This document shows positions 1 to 12,859 of a DNA stretch of 64,000 bases, piece by piece. This DNA is from Hemiscyllium ocellatum. Its lineage: Eukaryota. The notes below the pieces were generated by a model, which was not told the DNA's origin, did not search any database, and saw only the letters and a program-made list of their open reading frames with translations. Each line of letters starts with the position of its first letter. Within the stretch, counting starts at the first letter, position 1. A program made the position numbers and the translations under genes. The stretch spans positions 3,720,001 to 3,784,000 of the forward strand of contig NW_026867487.1 in NCBI RefSeq assembly GCF_020745735.1, in the 5' to 3' direction.

Positions 1-129
1 GTCTTAGATTTCTGCAAGGTGTCTCGTCATTATTCAAACTCTGCTGAATGTAGTTTTAATCGATGAATTCTCTCTTCAAAAGAAAGACCATAAGAATAAT
101 AATATGAAGGAGGCAGAGTACATTATGTT

Positions 130-2000
130 CCTATTGAGTCTGCTTTGTCATTGAGTTAGATCACGACACGTCTGATAATCCGGAAATAAAACTTCTTGCT
201 TTGGACAGAATCATTTATTATTTTGCTTCGGAATAATCTGTCTGCATCAACGATGGAAATACCTCATGGCCCAGCTTCGAACTTCTTCTCTGGTTAAAAA
301 AATCCACTAATTCAAATAAGTCCAAGGGAAGGACTTCCTCCACATTTTTGCCTTTAATAGGCGACAACTTACTCTGAACTATTTCCCATGTGCCAAAATC
401 TCTCTTAAGGGGAAAGCAACACGCCTACTCTGTCACTTTGCTACAGAAATTCTATATTTTCAATAATATCGGCATTCATTCTTCTATATTCCAAAGAGTG
501 CAGTCACAATCTACTCAGCATCTCCTCATAATACCTTCCCTTTTTACCTGTTCTCAGCTGAGTGAATCTTCTCTGGATGACCCCCAGTGCCAACACATAT
601 TTCATTTCATGTGTGATCCAGTGCTTGTCAAATTATTCCAGATGTCGTATGGCTAATGGCTTTGCACTTTTGGCAATACCTACACAAGTTTACGTTCGTT
701 TCCCCATGGAAAATATCCACCATTACATTTGCCTCGGTCTTGAACACTGACCTTGCATGCGTGTTTTTTTTTGTGATTCATATGTAGGGAATCTCAAATT
801 CCGTGTCAAAGCTTTTTGTAGGCTTCTTTATTTAAACAATATTCAATTCCTTTAGTTTTCCTGCCAAAAAGCATAAGCTCACAATTTCGCACTTCTTGTC
901 CCACTTGCTCTTTCACTTAACCCGCTTTATACCCACATCACAGGTTTTTTTTCCATTTAATTTTATGCTATCTGCAAACTTGTCCAGACTGCATCCACTG
1001 TAGTTACTAAGATATATTGAAAATAAATGTGATCGCATCACTAATCACTGTGGCATTTTCAGGAGTTAAGGGTTGCAATCTCGAAAACAATCCCCCCATT
1101 CTCATTCAAACTCATTGCCTTCGATGAGGAAATAAATTCTTTATATCAGTCAATTTAGTATATCAAGCTTCAGGACCTCTCAACCTTTTAACTGGATTGA
1201 TGTGTTGCACTTACTAAATATCTCTAAATGTACAAACCGTTATCTCATCAAGTGTTCTCTCTTCACCTGTCCTGTTTGTCGCATCCTGTATATTTCTAGT
1301 AAATTTATTCAGCATACTTTCCTTCTCAGAATCTGCTATGACGAATTTGTCTCTTATCATTGTACATTTCTAAATGCTCTTTTTTTCCCCCCTTTTCATC
1401 GCATTTTTCCCACGAACTGACGTTAAGCTAACCAGCCTGCATCTAACTCTCTTTTAGGCATATTCGTTCTTTTCAATAAATGTGTTTCATTGCATTTTTC
1501 TTACTCAAAGCAGTTTTCTGGAATCCATGATTTCAGGAATAATACTGACAGGTCACCCACTATTTCTATGATTACTTCCTTTCATACTTTATGTTGTATC
1601 CCATCGAGTCAAATTGACGTATCGGCATTTAAACCCGCAATTTCTTTGGCACTTTGCTTTCCTCTCGTGATACCTATTGCATTCATTATCTCGCATGTTT
1701 GCCCTTGAAATATTTATTAAGTCTGGAATGCTATCAATGCCTTGTACTATGAAGCATCATGCAACACGTTTAGTTAGCACCTCTGCATGTTTCCCTGTTC
1801 TAATTTTGCAAGTCTCATTCTCCTCGGGGCCAATGTTCACTCTTGCTTTACACCTCATTTTCATATACAAACAGACGATTCTGCTGTCCGTCTAGGTATG
1901 ACTTCCAAATTTACTCTTGAAGTTTATTGTCTCTCTCTTAATACTTTGTTTAATTCTTTGAATTTTAAAGTTTTGTCAATCGCTCGATTTACCACAAGTT
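130..2000 (-). mobile_element. Heavily decayed CR1-type LINE (RT region and 3' end)
   Basis: Minus strand near 970-995 reads ...GACAAGTTTGCAGATA (KFAD of the RT motif). CR1-like ORF2 remnants near 1620-1760 and a 3'-tail-like stretch near 130-460. Boundaries approximate. Confidence 0.5.
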
Positions 2001-2639
2001 TTACTCATTGTATTTTCTTCTTGTAATTTGATGCTAACTCTGCCTTCCTGAAACACAATGCTTTTACCGCCTTCCTGGAATTATTTTTCCTCAGTGGAAT
2101 CTGTATTTGTTTTGATCCATGAAGCATTTGCACAATTCTTCGCCAATGTACCGAGTTAGTGTTCACTGATAAGTTGCTCCTTATTTCATTCCCACCAGTT
2201 TTTAATCCCATTCATTTCTAAATGCACTTATTTAATCCCTGCAGAGGCGACTCAAACCCAAATCTTGCCATCTCACGAGTCAGCATGCTAAATCTTCGTT
2301 GAACTTCCTCAATAGCCAGAACATCATTTCTGACATAATGAAACTGAGGCTGCACACAATACTTCAGTTGTTCTGTCAGTACGGCCGGGAGCATTGGAGC
2401 AAGACATCTCTGCCTATTCGAATTCTATCCTTACGAAGGTTTTTGCCTTGTTCATCTTCCAGTGCACCTATATGCTTGCTTTCAATGACCGTTGGCCAAG
2501 GAAATGCAGGTCCCGTCGACGCTATTCCATCTATCGCCGTTCAGGTAACTTTTTGCCTTGCCATTTTTGCTGCTTAGGTCGAGAACATAATGTTTACCCA
2601 TATTGTAGTTCACGTGTCATTTACTTGGCTTCTACTCTA

Positions 2640-3530
2640 CTCCGACCCCAACCCTTAGCTGCATTCCGGAAAGACCATCCCCTCTGTGACGAAATTTTGT
2701 AGGTTCCCACCCCGACCAACCCACTATCCATTGCCAGCGCATACCCTTCCATCCCAAGAAGTGAAACACCTGCGCCTACACTCTCCCTTATCTCCTTCCA
2801 AGACCCCAAAGGACCGTTCCACATCCAACAGTGATTTATCTCTACTTCAACACACGTAATCTACTGTGTACGTTGTAGATATACTGTTCCCAGTGTGGTC
2901 TTCTCTACAAGGGTGGGACAGGACACCAACTTGAGGAAAATTTCAGAGAGCATCTCTGGGACACATACAAGAGACTTCCCACTGCCCTGAGACCGACGAC
3001 TTTGACAGCCCGTCCTACTCCGCCAAGGACAATGCAAGTCCCAGGCGTTCACCGCCAAACCCTAAACACCCAACACCTGGAGAAAGAAGGCCTCATTTTC
3101 CGCCTTGGGGCTCTCTAGCCACAAGGAAATCAATGTGGATTTCACAAGTCTCTTCATTTCCCCACCCCTACCTTATCCCAGACCCAAACTTCAAAGTTGG
3201 CACAGAACCCTTGATATGTCCTGCCTGTCGATTTCCTTCCCACCTATTTGCTCCACCTTCCTGCCTGACCTATCACTTTTACCCTGAACTTCCTCTGCAT
3301 ATCGCATCCCAGATACTTTTCCCCAGCCTCACCCCCTCCGATTTACATCTCATCTCCCTTGGGACACAAGCCTCAATCCTAATGGAAGGCTTCTGGTCGA
3401 AATGTCAATTACAATGCTCCTCGGATGCTGTCAAATCAGCTCTGTTGTTTTTTTCAGAACCACAAACGTCGAGTCTGACCTCCAGCATCCACAGTCCTCA
3501 TTTTCTCCTGCTTTCCTTCTCACTCAACTT
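2640..3530 (+). mobile_element. Penelope-like retroelement 3' remnant (GIY-YIG endonuclease plus tail)
   Basis: Broken frames give HVIYCVRC / CSQCGLLYKGGTG (VIYCxRC...LYIGET GIY-YIG pattern) at about 2850-2925 and FRLG...INVDFTS at about 3097-3148. A pyrimidine-rich 3' UTR follows, with a degenerate hammerhead-like tail near 3375-3410. Confidence 0.7.
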
Positions 3531-3589
3531 CTCCAGATCAAAAAAGAATACCATTCTCCTTTTCACTGTTGACCCTTTCACCTAACGTT

Positions 3590-4480
3590 GAAAACCTGGA
3601 GATGAGAAATCTGTCTCCCTTATCTAAATCATTGACATATATTGTGACATACTGGGGTGCTACCATTGCTTCCAGGCGCACCCCACATGCCGCTGAATGC
3701 TCGTCAAAAATGGCCAGATATTCCTAAAACTTGTTTTGTGTTTGCCAACCCGTTTCTCCAGGAATATCAGTGCACATTCCTCACTTTAATTTCACATGCT
3801 AATCTCGTAGGTGGCACCTAGTTGAAAACCTACTGAGAATCCCTGCAAACTACTTCCCCAGGTCCCCCTTATGAAATGTAATGGTCACATTCTCCACAAG
3901 AAAAGCCCAGTAGATTAATCACACATGATTTCCGTTCAGGACATCCATGCGGCTTCTGTCCTATCCAGTCACTCTTTTCCAAATAATCTGCTGTTACATT
4001 TTTCATAATGGAAAGTGAAGATTTCCCAACGGTAAAATGTCAGTTTGTAAAAACTCTTTCTAACATAATCTCATTTCCGAAATAATTTTTATGATAGCTA
4101 TCCTCAAACCAATAAGAACCGTATCAGAGTCTATAGAATCGTGAAATATACCTGCTAATGCATTCTCATTTCCTGGACCACGTCTTTTAATACTCTAAGA
4201 TATAATTTTTCAGGCCCCGGGAATTTATCGATCTGTAATTCAATGTACTTCCCAATACGTTTACCACCAAAGTTCATTTTCTTCATTTGCTCATCACCTG
4301 AGCGTCTGCGGTTCAACATTTCTGGAAGCTTGATATCTTTTAGCATTTGTGAGGGCACAAGCTAAATATGTAGTTAATTTTTCCATCACTGCTTTCTTGT
4401 TCCTAATAAATCTCACTGTTTCTGACATTAGATGGCCTAGATTTTTGTTAACCTTTTATTTATATAGGCATCCAAACTTT
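3590..4480 (-). mobile_element. Decayed CR1 LINE ORF2 fragment
   Basis: ORF 4155-4358(-) contains LQIDKFPGPEKLYLRVLKDV, matching the CR1 motif KxPGPDxxxxRxLKE. Further RT remnants at 3840-3960. Confidence 0.6.
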
Positions 4481-5029
4481 TGTAATCAGATCATATTTTG
4501 CAAATAAGATAACAGTAATGAACTGTTTATCCCCGTTTTTGGTTACCGCTTTCGTCTTCCATTGCTGAGTTCTGAACTGCTCCCAATACTCAGATACGTT
4601 GCTGTGTGTTATTTCCACAACCAACCTTATATCTATCAATCTTCCAAATGCAACCCAATCTTCGGATCGATATGAGATTTTCACGTGGTTGCAATTAAGT
4701 GACAGCGTGGGGAAAGAGTTTGTCTTTATCCTCCGATATAAAACAAATTTGAAGTCAATCCTGTTAAATGAAACATCACTTAAAATGTTAACAGCTACTC
4801 ATACAGAACACATTACATTTCGACTACATAGTCTTAAATGTCAAACTCGACTTTGTCAAGATTGCATCTACATCAGACAATTTCCCAACTCGCTCCGCAA
4901 TCAATAAATCAAAAATTCTTTTTGTTGTACATGGCAGCATGTCTCTACTACAGCTGCCCAAGCGCACATTGATATTTATTTTTCAACGATTCCAGCTTTA
5001 TTAATGCGATGTCAAGCACCGGTCTGCGT

Positions 5030-5125
5030 TAGTCGACAGATGAGGAGCTGCAGATGAACAGCAGGTCGAACAGTATCTGATGAGCAGGAAGGTCAACGTT
5101 TGGGCCAAAACTCTTCGTCAGGACT
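5030..5125 (-). mobile_element. Penelope-like element tail with degenerate hammerhead motif
   Basis: Minus strand reads GTC-CTGACGA-AGAGTTTTGGCCC-AAACGTT-GAC, the same tail family as 40436-40469 but lacking G12. Confidence 0.5.
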
Positions 5126-5744
5126 CTGATTCATTTTATGTAGGAGTTCCTGAATTACACAGGTTAACTGGTCAATTTAAGTCGTATGAAGGTGATTAGG
5201 TCTTAGTTGTGGAGTTGACATTTAAGGATAATGGAAAGAGAAATGTTGAAAATTCCCTGCAGAACAGCGTTCCATTAATCGGCATGGTGACATGGAGAAT
5301 TTATTTCCTGTGAATTTTAGGTCATTTTTCGTTAGAGTGTCATGTCTCCCGGAATGTGCACAAATTGTCATACTGACAAGATATTTTTTGAAATCCTTCG
5401 GTGGCAATTTGGCAACAAGTCATCCATTATTCTTAATGTAAGTAGTACTCTTATCAACTCATTTTGCAGACACGTCAACCCTCCTTTGCTGTCAACAGGA
5501 GAATAGATTGTAATGATTGGCAACATATAATTAGTTTAACTTTAGTTGAACGGCAATCACTAGTTCATATTTTAACACATTCACAAAAGTGCAGAATGAG
5601 TCAAAGTTGAAAAGAAAAGTTTGATTAGACTGGAACTGTTCTCAGCTGGATTTTATAAGGTAGAGAGCCAATCTTATTGAAATAAAAACAAGATTGTTGG
5701 GATCCTGGCAGTGCAAACACAGAAACATGACTTTCATTTGTAAC

Positions 5745-6000
5745 ATTGTCTAGGATTGGAAGAGCATGATCTCAGAATAAAGGATCACTCATTTAAGGCA
5801 GAGTGGCGGAACTTTTGCATTATTTGCAAAAGGAGTCTGTGGAGGCTGGAACGTTTACTATTTTCGCAGCTGTGATTGGCACCTTGCTAATCAGTAAGGT
5901 AATAAAAGGACATGGGGAAGATTCGATAAAATAGACTTGGGGCTGACGATCAGCCATTATTGTATTGAATGGTGGAGGTAGACTTGCAATGCTAATTCAC
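5745..6000 (+). mobile_element. CR1 LINE 3' fragment
   Basis: CR1 3'-end wording (CATGATCTCAGAATAAAGG...GTGGAGGCT...GATCAGCCAT...TTGAATGGTGGAG). Confidence 0.5.
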
Positions 6001-7476
6001 AAATCATTCTCCGCATCTGCCAATGACACGTCAGATGTACAATGAAATAGCTTCAACTTATTTCTATGAGTTTGACGCCAACAAACCTCAAGAAAGTATT
6101 GAATACAGGACAAAACAACCTGCTTGGTACATGTATAACTTTGAAAATTATTTTTTTTTCGACCACTTAAATACAGCATCTTTCCTCCATTAAAAGCAGT
6201 TTCCACTGAAAATTCCAATTTTGGAACTTCATGGTCCAGAAGGTTAATACCCTTACTCTGTGATAAAAATCACAACCGGTGGGTTTTTTCAAGATATTGA
6301 CTGTTAACCTAACAGCAATAATTTTGCTATTCGCCCATTGTTACAGAGTCAAAAAAGAAAAAGAACAATCGCACTGGGTCTTGTTTTGGTCTCATGACAA
6401 AACATTTTTATATTAGTTGTCACATTTGGACCTTCACCAGAATGTGCGTTTCCTGGGCAAGTTATGAAAATCGTGATAAATTTAGAGAAACAGGATTAAA
6501 TTGAGCTGCGTGCATACCTTTGCAGGACAGTGTCTGAACAAGTAGGCGAAATACTCAAGAATGAGCTTGTGAAATATAAGTATTAGCACAGTCATTGGCT
6601 CTAGCAGCTGCAAGTTAGTGCTGAAACTCAATAAATATCACTTTGGTCATCTGGAGCGTAGACACTTAATTACAGAAAATTTCAGATTGTGCGTTCGAGG
6701 ATGCAGGAAATGATAATGAGCCTACTACGATGTTAGAACGTTATCGTTCAATGAAGTGTATGTATAGTTAGAAGTGATTCAATTTATTTTCTACCAAATA
6801 TAATAGAGACATGGAATTCACTGCCTGAACAGTTGTTGCTGTGGAAGTCCACATTATACATAGAGAGTACTTGGGCATGCTTGTAGTGCTGTGAACATCA
6901 ATTTCACTGATAATTTAGGAAATTGTCCTGTGTTCAATGTTTCATTGTCGGCTGGCAACAACACGATTAAAAAAGTCCTTCTTCGTAGGTTTGTATAATT
7001 CCTGACAACCGTGAAGTTAATTAATTCATAATGCATACACAAGACATTGGCTTGCCTAAAACAGAATTTTATTTGAGATATTTTTGCACTTGACATGTTA
7101 TATTTTGTAAAGCACTCACTCCATTCTAAAAGATTGCTGCAACACTTTGTGGAAGTATTCAATATTTTTATTTAAGGAATATTTAAGTTTTGCAACTAGT
7201 TTCGTAGGTCTAGTAATATTTCTTTTCGACCTGCAGGTAGGGGAGTAATTTTTATTTTGAAAGAAAATTTAGAAATATGCAATACACTTCCAGAAATGAA
7301 TTAGATCCAAAGAACACGAGAATGGAGGAATATTCTGCAGCATTTTGTGCCATACTGGAATGCATTATAGTTTTGTGCAATATTCCCATGTCGTACTGTG
7401 ATGATTATGTTCCACTGGCATTTTTTATAAAAATCCTGCTTGTGTTTCTGAATGACACAGAGGCTTTCGTGACACG

Positions 7477-7660
7477 GCCTTAAAATGCAAGCACTCAAAA
7501 TCTCTAAATGGGCTAACCTAGTGTATTAGCCTGCACCATGTTCATAAATTCTGTACTGCATTACATCAACATCCGAAAGAAGTGCTTGCAACATTTGTCA
7601 GCTTGCGTATGAATGTCATACTTGGTTTTGAATAGTTATTGCGTTTGTGTGTGTGTGTGC
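7477..7660 (+). repeat. Diverged direct repeat, copy 1 (partner 9141-9330)
   Basis: AAATGGGCTAACCTAGTGTATTAGCCTGCACCATGTTCATAAATTCTGTACTGCATTACATCAAC...GAAAGAAGTGCTTG aligns colinearly with 9172 onward. Confidence 0.75.
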
Positions 7661-7759
7661 ATATACACGGATGTCTACATGTTCCACCTGAAGCTGTGCA
7701 ATTGCATTTCCAGAGATCTAATTTCATACGTTTCATAGACCAAAAAACAAAATACATAG

Positions 7760-8760
7760 TACATTACAGCACAGGTTCTTTGGTCCACGATGTTGTGCCA
7801 GCCTGTTATCCTACTCCAAGATCAGAATAACGGCCATACCTTTCATTGTTCTAACCTTCATGTGCCGATGTCGGTAAATGTCCCGAATATATCTGAATCT
7901 ACTCCCACTTCTGACAGTGAATTCCACGCAACCACCATTCTCTGAGAAAGGAATCTACTTCTGATATCTTTGATATGACCTTCCTCCAAATACCTTCAAA
8001 TTTCCCCTCCTCGTGATCGACATTTCTGTCATCAGAAAATTATCTGTCTATCAACTGTAACTTTGCCTCTCAACATTTTACCTCGATACGTCTATCAAGT
8101 CACCTCTCATCCTTTTTCGTTTAAGCAAGAAAAGGCCTAGCTCCCTCAATCTTTCTTCATAATGCATTCCCTCCATTCCAGGCTGCAACCTAGTAAATCA
8201 CCTCTGCATCCTGTCTAAAGCTTTTACATCTTCCTTATGATGCAGCGACCAGAACTGAAAACAATTTTCCAAGCGTAAGCACGATTCTATAGAGATGCAG
8301 TATAACTACTTGGCTCTTAAACGCAATTGCCTGCAAATGAAAACAAATAAACTGTATGCCTACTGAACAACTCGATCAAACTGGATGGTAACTTTGAGGC
8401 ATTTATGGGTAAGGATCCCAAGATGCCACTATTGCTCCACATTGCCAAGAATATTGCCTTTCACCCTGTACTCTGCATTCAAATTTCACCGTGCGAAGTG
8501 AATGACTTCACAGATTTCCAGGTTGAACTCGATCTGCCACTTCTCAGTCCTGTTCTGCATCTTGTCAATACCTAGTTTCAACCAACAACAGTCTGTTGTA
8601 CTCTCTACAACATGACCAACCTTCGTATCATTGGCAAAATTACTAACCCACCCTTCCACTTCTTCATCCAAGTCATTTGTAAAGTTCACAAAGTAAAGAG
8701 GTCATAGAACCGATTGCTGCAAAGCATCACTGGCCACCGAGCTCCAGACCGAATAGTTTA
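7760..8760 (-). mobile_element. CR1 LINE RT/3' fragment
   Basis: ORF 8486-8689(-) reads DLDEEVEGWVSNFANDTKVG...EKWQIEFN...CEVIHF, a CR1 RT C-terminus. Confidence 0.8.
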
Positions 8761-8761
8761 C

Positions 8762-9018
8762 ATTACTTACCATGTGGGAACAGTCCCTCCGGCGCAACAC
8801 GTCCACACCAACCCATTCCACGACACCGAACACTACGGGCAAATTAGCATGGCCAATTCACCGAACTTGCACATCTTTTGAAGGAAACCAGAGCACACGC
8901 ACGCTGATACGGGTAGAATGTGCAAACTCCACACAGGCAGTCGCCTGAGGCGGGAATTGAACCCAGTTCTTTAATGCAGTGAAACAGCAGTCCGAACCAT
9001 AGTGCCACCATGCCACCC
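8762..9018 (-). mobile_element. tRNA-derived SINE (HE1-like shark SINE)
   Basis: Minus strand starts GGGTGGCATGGTGGCAC, carries B box GGTTCAATTCC, and shares the central GGTGAATTGGCCATGCTAAT..GCCCGTAGTGTT block with the other copies. Confidence 0.8.
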
Positions 9019-9140
9019 CACAGCTAGCGCCTCGCTCTGCCTTGTATCAGCCAGACAATTCTTTATCTCGACTGAAAGGTTTCCATGTATTGCATGCGCC
9101 CCTTACTTTCTGAATGAGCCTACTATGTGAAACCTTATCT

Positions 9141-9330
9141 GCCTTGAAATGTAGATACAAAAAAACGCCCCAAATGGCCTGACTTGGTGTACTAGCCTGC
9201 GCTGTGGTCATAAATTCTCAACTGCATTGCATCAACGTTGGAAAGAAGTGCTTGAAATATTAATCTGCCTGTGTGTGAATGTCACGCTTGGATTTGCATA
9301 TACATTGTGTGTTTGTTGTATGTGTGTGCG
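9141..9330 (+). repeat. Diverged direct repeat, copy 2 (partner 7477-7660)
   Basis: AAATGGCCTGACTTGGTGTACTAGCCTGCGCTGTGGTCATAAATTCTCAACTGCATTGCATCAAC...GAAAGAAGTGCTTG. Both copies end in a TG-rich tract. Confidence 0.75.
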
Positions 9331-10336
9331 TGTGGGGAATCGTTGAAGTTGTTTCTCAATGCTAGAAAACACAATGAAAAGTCATCGCTTTGCTATTAGA
9401 TTTGGTTTCACTGTAGATTTAAACTTTATCCTATGATCAACAATCATCCAAGTTACCCGATAGTTGCAGCTGATGGGAACTGTAGTAACTCAGAAAAAAA
9501 TGGTGTCACTTTAATTTGGCTGCCTTCACTTACTGACAAGAAAGAGAAAAAAAACTGCACGCCATGCGCCTTCTCATGCTGAACTGCTGAAGACATCTGG
9601 TCTAATATCAAGTACAAATTATTCTGGGCGATGCTAGCATTAAATTTAACTACCAATTTAATGTTTTCTGCTTCTTCTTGATAGCAAAAATGCAAGCAAT
9701 TATTCAAACGAATGATAATAAAATCTTATGAATTATTTTTCTATCAGTTAATACACATGGGTCACCACTGTGCAATTTTCTCTCTAAAGGATAATCAGAC
9801 AGTTTGTACCATCATAACGATTAGAAAGGTAGTCAGAGTGATTTATTTCTCAGAAGACGTTTCGGGCAGTCTGTGCAATCCCACCACATCTATACCTATT
9901 GATATTAATCTCAGTCTTCTATGCAACATCCTCATTTCACTGAGATGCAATCACATCCTGATTCTGGGCCGCTTGCTTAAAATCTACAATTGTGCCTGAA
10001 TTTCATGCTGAAATTAAATGGTAGCATGTTCAAACATCTCATAGCTGTGTCAAATGCCATCGGTCTCATGTGACAATTATCATCAATGTTGTTTTCAATG
10101 TTACTTCTTTACAACAAACATCGGTCAACGGTGGGGAAAAAATGCCAAAAGACTTACAGTTACCCCACGCTCTTCGCACTTTATGAGTATATAAAAGCTT
10201 CTGACATTCAGTTAAATCATTCTTGAACAATAATCCCCCTTAGTGCAGTGGATTACATCTGTCGGTTTCCACTCTGCAAAATACAACAACCCACTGTTAG
10301 AGTTAACCATTCATATGTTTAATTACTACGGTAGAA

Positions 10337-10338
<2 letters not shown>

Positions 10339-10369
<31 letters not shown>
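10339..10369. repeat. (AT)15 microsatellite
   Basis: Perfect AT run, read directly. Confidence 0.98.
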
Positions 10370-10372
<3 letters not shown>

Positions 10373-10929
10373 CTAGAAACGGGGTAAATCTCTCTTCCTT
10401 TTCTCTGCTATGATTCTCTGAAACACTTTAAATGCATTTGAATCGGATAAGCTCATGAGCATCAATGGGATAGTTACTGAAAGTTAAGTACTCATCTTGA
10501 TTCTATTTTCAAATAAATATGTATTGAAGAGGTGCTGCACAACCTCTAAAAATCCTAAAGACAACCAAAGTCAAGGAAATTTTGTAAGAAGCACAGATTA
10601 TTAAGAATGATCTATACAGCTGCAGTCAGAAAAGAAACAGAGGAGGAGACAGGCTGATACTCCGAAATATGCGATCTCCCAATTTACAGCTGTCATAAAT
10701 TTTATGCCAACCACTATAAATATATTTTAGTTCCAAGTCCATAAGCATTTATATGGGGTTCTTTCTATAAGATGCAGGTTGTTCAAAGATTTTCGTTTCC
10801 TGTGATAACTAGCATGGCAACACCTATTTTTGCAAGTTTTACAGACAATTGGAAATATTAAAATAAAGAACAATTCCTCGGAGGGAAAGACGCTTTCGCC
10901 CATTATGTCAGAACAGAACACAACACCTT

Positions 10930-11560
10930 TCTAAACTAATCCCACCTGCCTACACATGGTTAGTGTTCCTCAATTCCATGCCTGCTCATGTATCTGTCTT
11001 AATAATTATCAATACTTGTCATTGTACCCTCATCTCCCAATTCACCTGGCAGCACTTTCCAGACACCCAACATTCACTGTTGAAAAGAAAGTTTGCCTTA
11101 CACAATTCATTTAAACTTTCTTCCCCAAATCTGATACCCAAGCCACTGAGTATTTGAGTTTTCCACTTTGGGAAAAATACTCAAATTATGCACTATATGA
11201 CTGACTATCCTCCTGTCACATCTCATCACCTGCGATCCAACGATCCAGTGAAAACAATGTGAGTTAGTTTTTCGAACCTCTTCTGATATCAACTAATCCA
11301 GACAGCATTTTAGTAAAACACTTTTGCACTTCACTTACATCTGACATTGTGCCGACCAGAACTGCACACACACCTCCAAATGTGGCCAAATTGAATGTTT
11401 ATACATTTACAACATGATCTGCCAACGTTTGCACACAATGCCCCATCAGATAAAGGCAAGTATGCCATTTTCAATCTTTTCTGACTTCTCGAACTTTGGT
11501 TTGCACCCGTATCCATATTCCTAATGACACTAACATTTGCTGTGTTCTTTCATCCAATAT
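10930..11560 (-). mobile_element. Decayed CR1 LINE 3' fragment
   Basis: Reverse-complement CR1 3'-end wording (CCATGCCTGCTCATGTATCTGTC..., CCAAATGTGGCCAAAT...). Confidence 0.45.
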
Positions 11561-12547
11561 CTTATTGTCTTAATAGTTTCTTACTTGGTCGGGGAACCAG
11601 GTAAATGGAGAAAGGCAGGAGAATCGCGTTCAGAACTCTCTCACATTCTATCGAATGGAAGAGCACTCTCAATTACGAGAAGGCATAATGTTGATTTTAT
11701 ACCTGATAATTTTATGGGTTTTCGAAGAGAATGCTTTCATTGGCAAATGATCATTTCAAACTTTAAGTTTTCCGCGACTGGTTTATCCAATGCTGCTGGA
11801 ATCAAGTTATAATGTTTAAAATATTCAAGATAATCATATTGAGAAATCACATGAATCTTACAAGTTCGTTTTTGCTCCAAATGTATGAACGTTGTAAATG
11901 AATAAAGTTTCTCGTTCTCAATGAACGTCGGTGTCCTCTCGCTATACTTCTCATCTTTTTTCTCACTTTGTTCTCATTGCTGATTTGTAGACATTGGCAG
12001 TTTAAAGTTCATGTGCTCTATTATAATATTAACGATTAGGTGTTGCAAGCATTTTGTTCTTTGCTCACAATAATTTTGTGTTCTCTGCATAATTATATGT
12101 GTGAAATTCCGAATAAATCTTGAATGATAATTGGATCAGAGCGCGCTCAGTTGAGTTATGACTCCTCCATTTTCTTCATTGTGTGACTTGATAATTTTCT
12201 GGACACAGTTTTGCACTTATCTCCATCGCATGTCAGGGATCCTATTTTATTTGAATTATTCAACAACGTACCGTCTGCTCCACCTAGTGTCTCGTTAAAA
12301 TAAAGTCAGGTCGAACATTGAGTTCGTCTTGAAACATGAGAAGATTATGAATGGATAGCAGGAAGATATATCAACAGCAGCTCACTAAATTCTCTCAAAT
12401 TTTCGACGCCTCTTGCCAAATGCCAGACTCTGTTAAGTTGCCGCGCAGTTCTTTATCCCTAACTTACGTGGTGAAGTATTTTGTTAATGCACATTCGTTT
12501 ACACTGTGCGATCTATTTTAGGGCATAATCCGTTCATCAGGATGGCT

Positions 12548-12650
12548 CATTCTTGAATGAGGGCTTTTGCCAGAAACGTCGGTTCTCCTGCTCCTCAGAT
12601 GCTCCCTGAACGGCCGTGTTTTTCAAGTATAACATTCTCGACTCTGAATC
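12548..12650 (+). mobile_element. Penelope-like element tail with degenerate hammerhead motif
   Basis: ATTC-TTGAATGA-GGGCTTTTGCCA-GAAACGTC followed by CTCCTGCTCCTCAGATGCT, the same tail family as 40436-40469. Confidence 0.55.
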
Positions 12651-12859
12651 ATGGTAAAGTTGCATGTGTTCAGATCATCTACACCTCAAAGGTGCAGCAA
12701 TGATTCAGAAACGAACATCATTGACTGTTTCATAAAGTAGCATTTAAGCTAAAAATTAGCACCATCCTAGATTGAAATTTCTGCTCATTCTCCTCTTTCT
12801 CATTTGAAGGACTATTAATGAAGCCAAATACAGAAATGGCATAGCTGACAGTTAAAATA

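Noticed and set aside
6525-6740. Possible decayed V (DSV...ELV...AYY)
   Set aside because: Multiple stops, no Cys or Trp, no leader and no RSS.
9734-9772. Cryptic 23-RSS on the minus strand (CACAGTG, 23 nt, AGAAAAATA)
   Set aside because: The heptamer is perfect and the nonamer 6/9, but the adjacent sequence has no YxC V ending, and there is no FGxG J motif on the other reading. Most likely chance.
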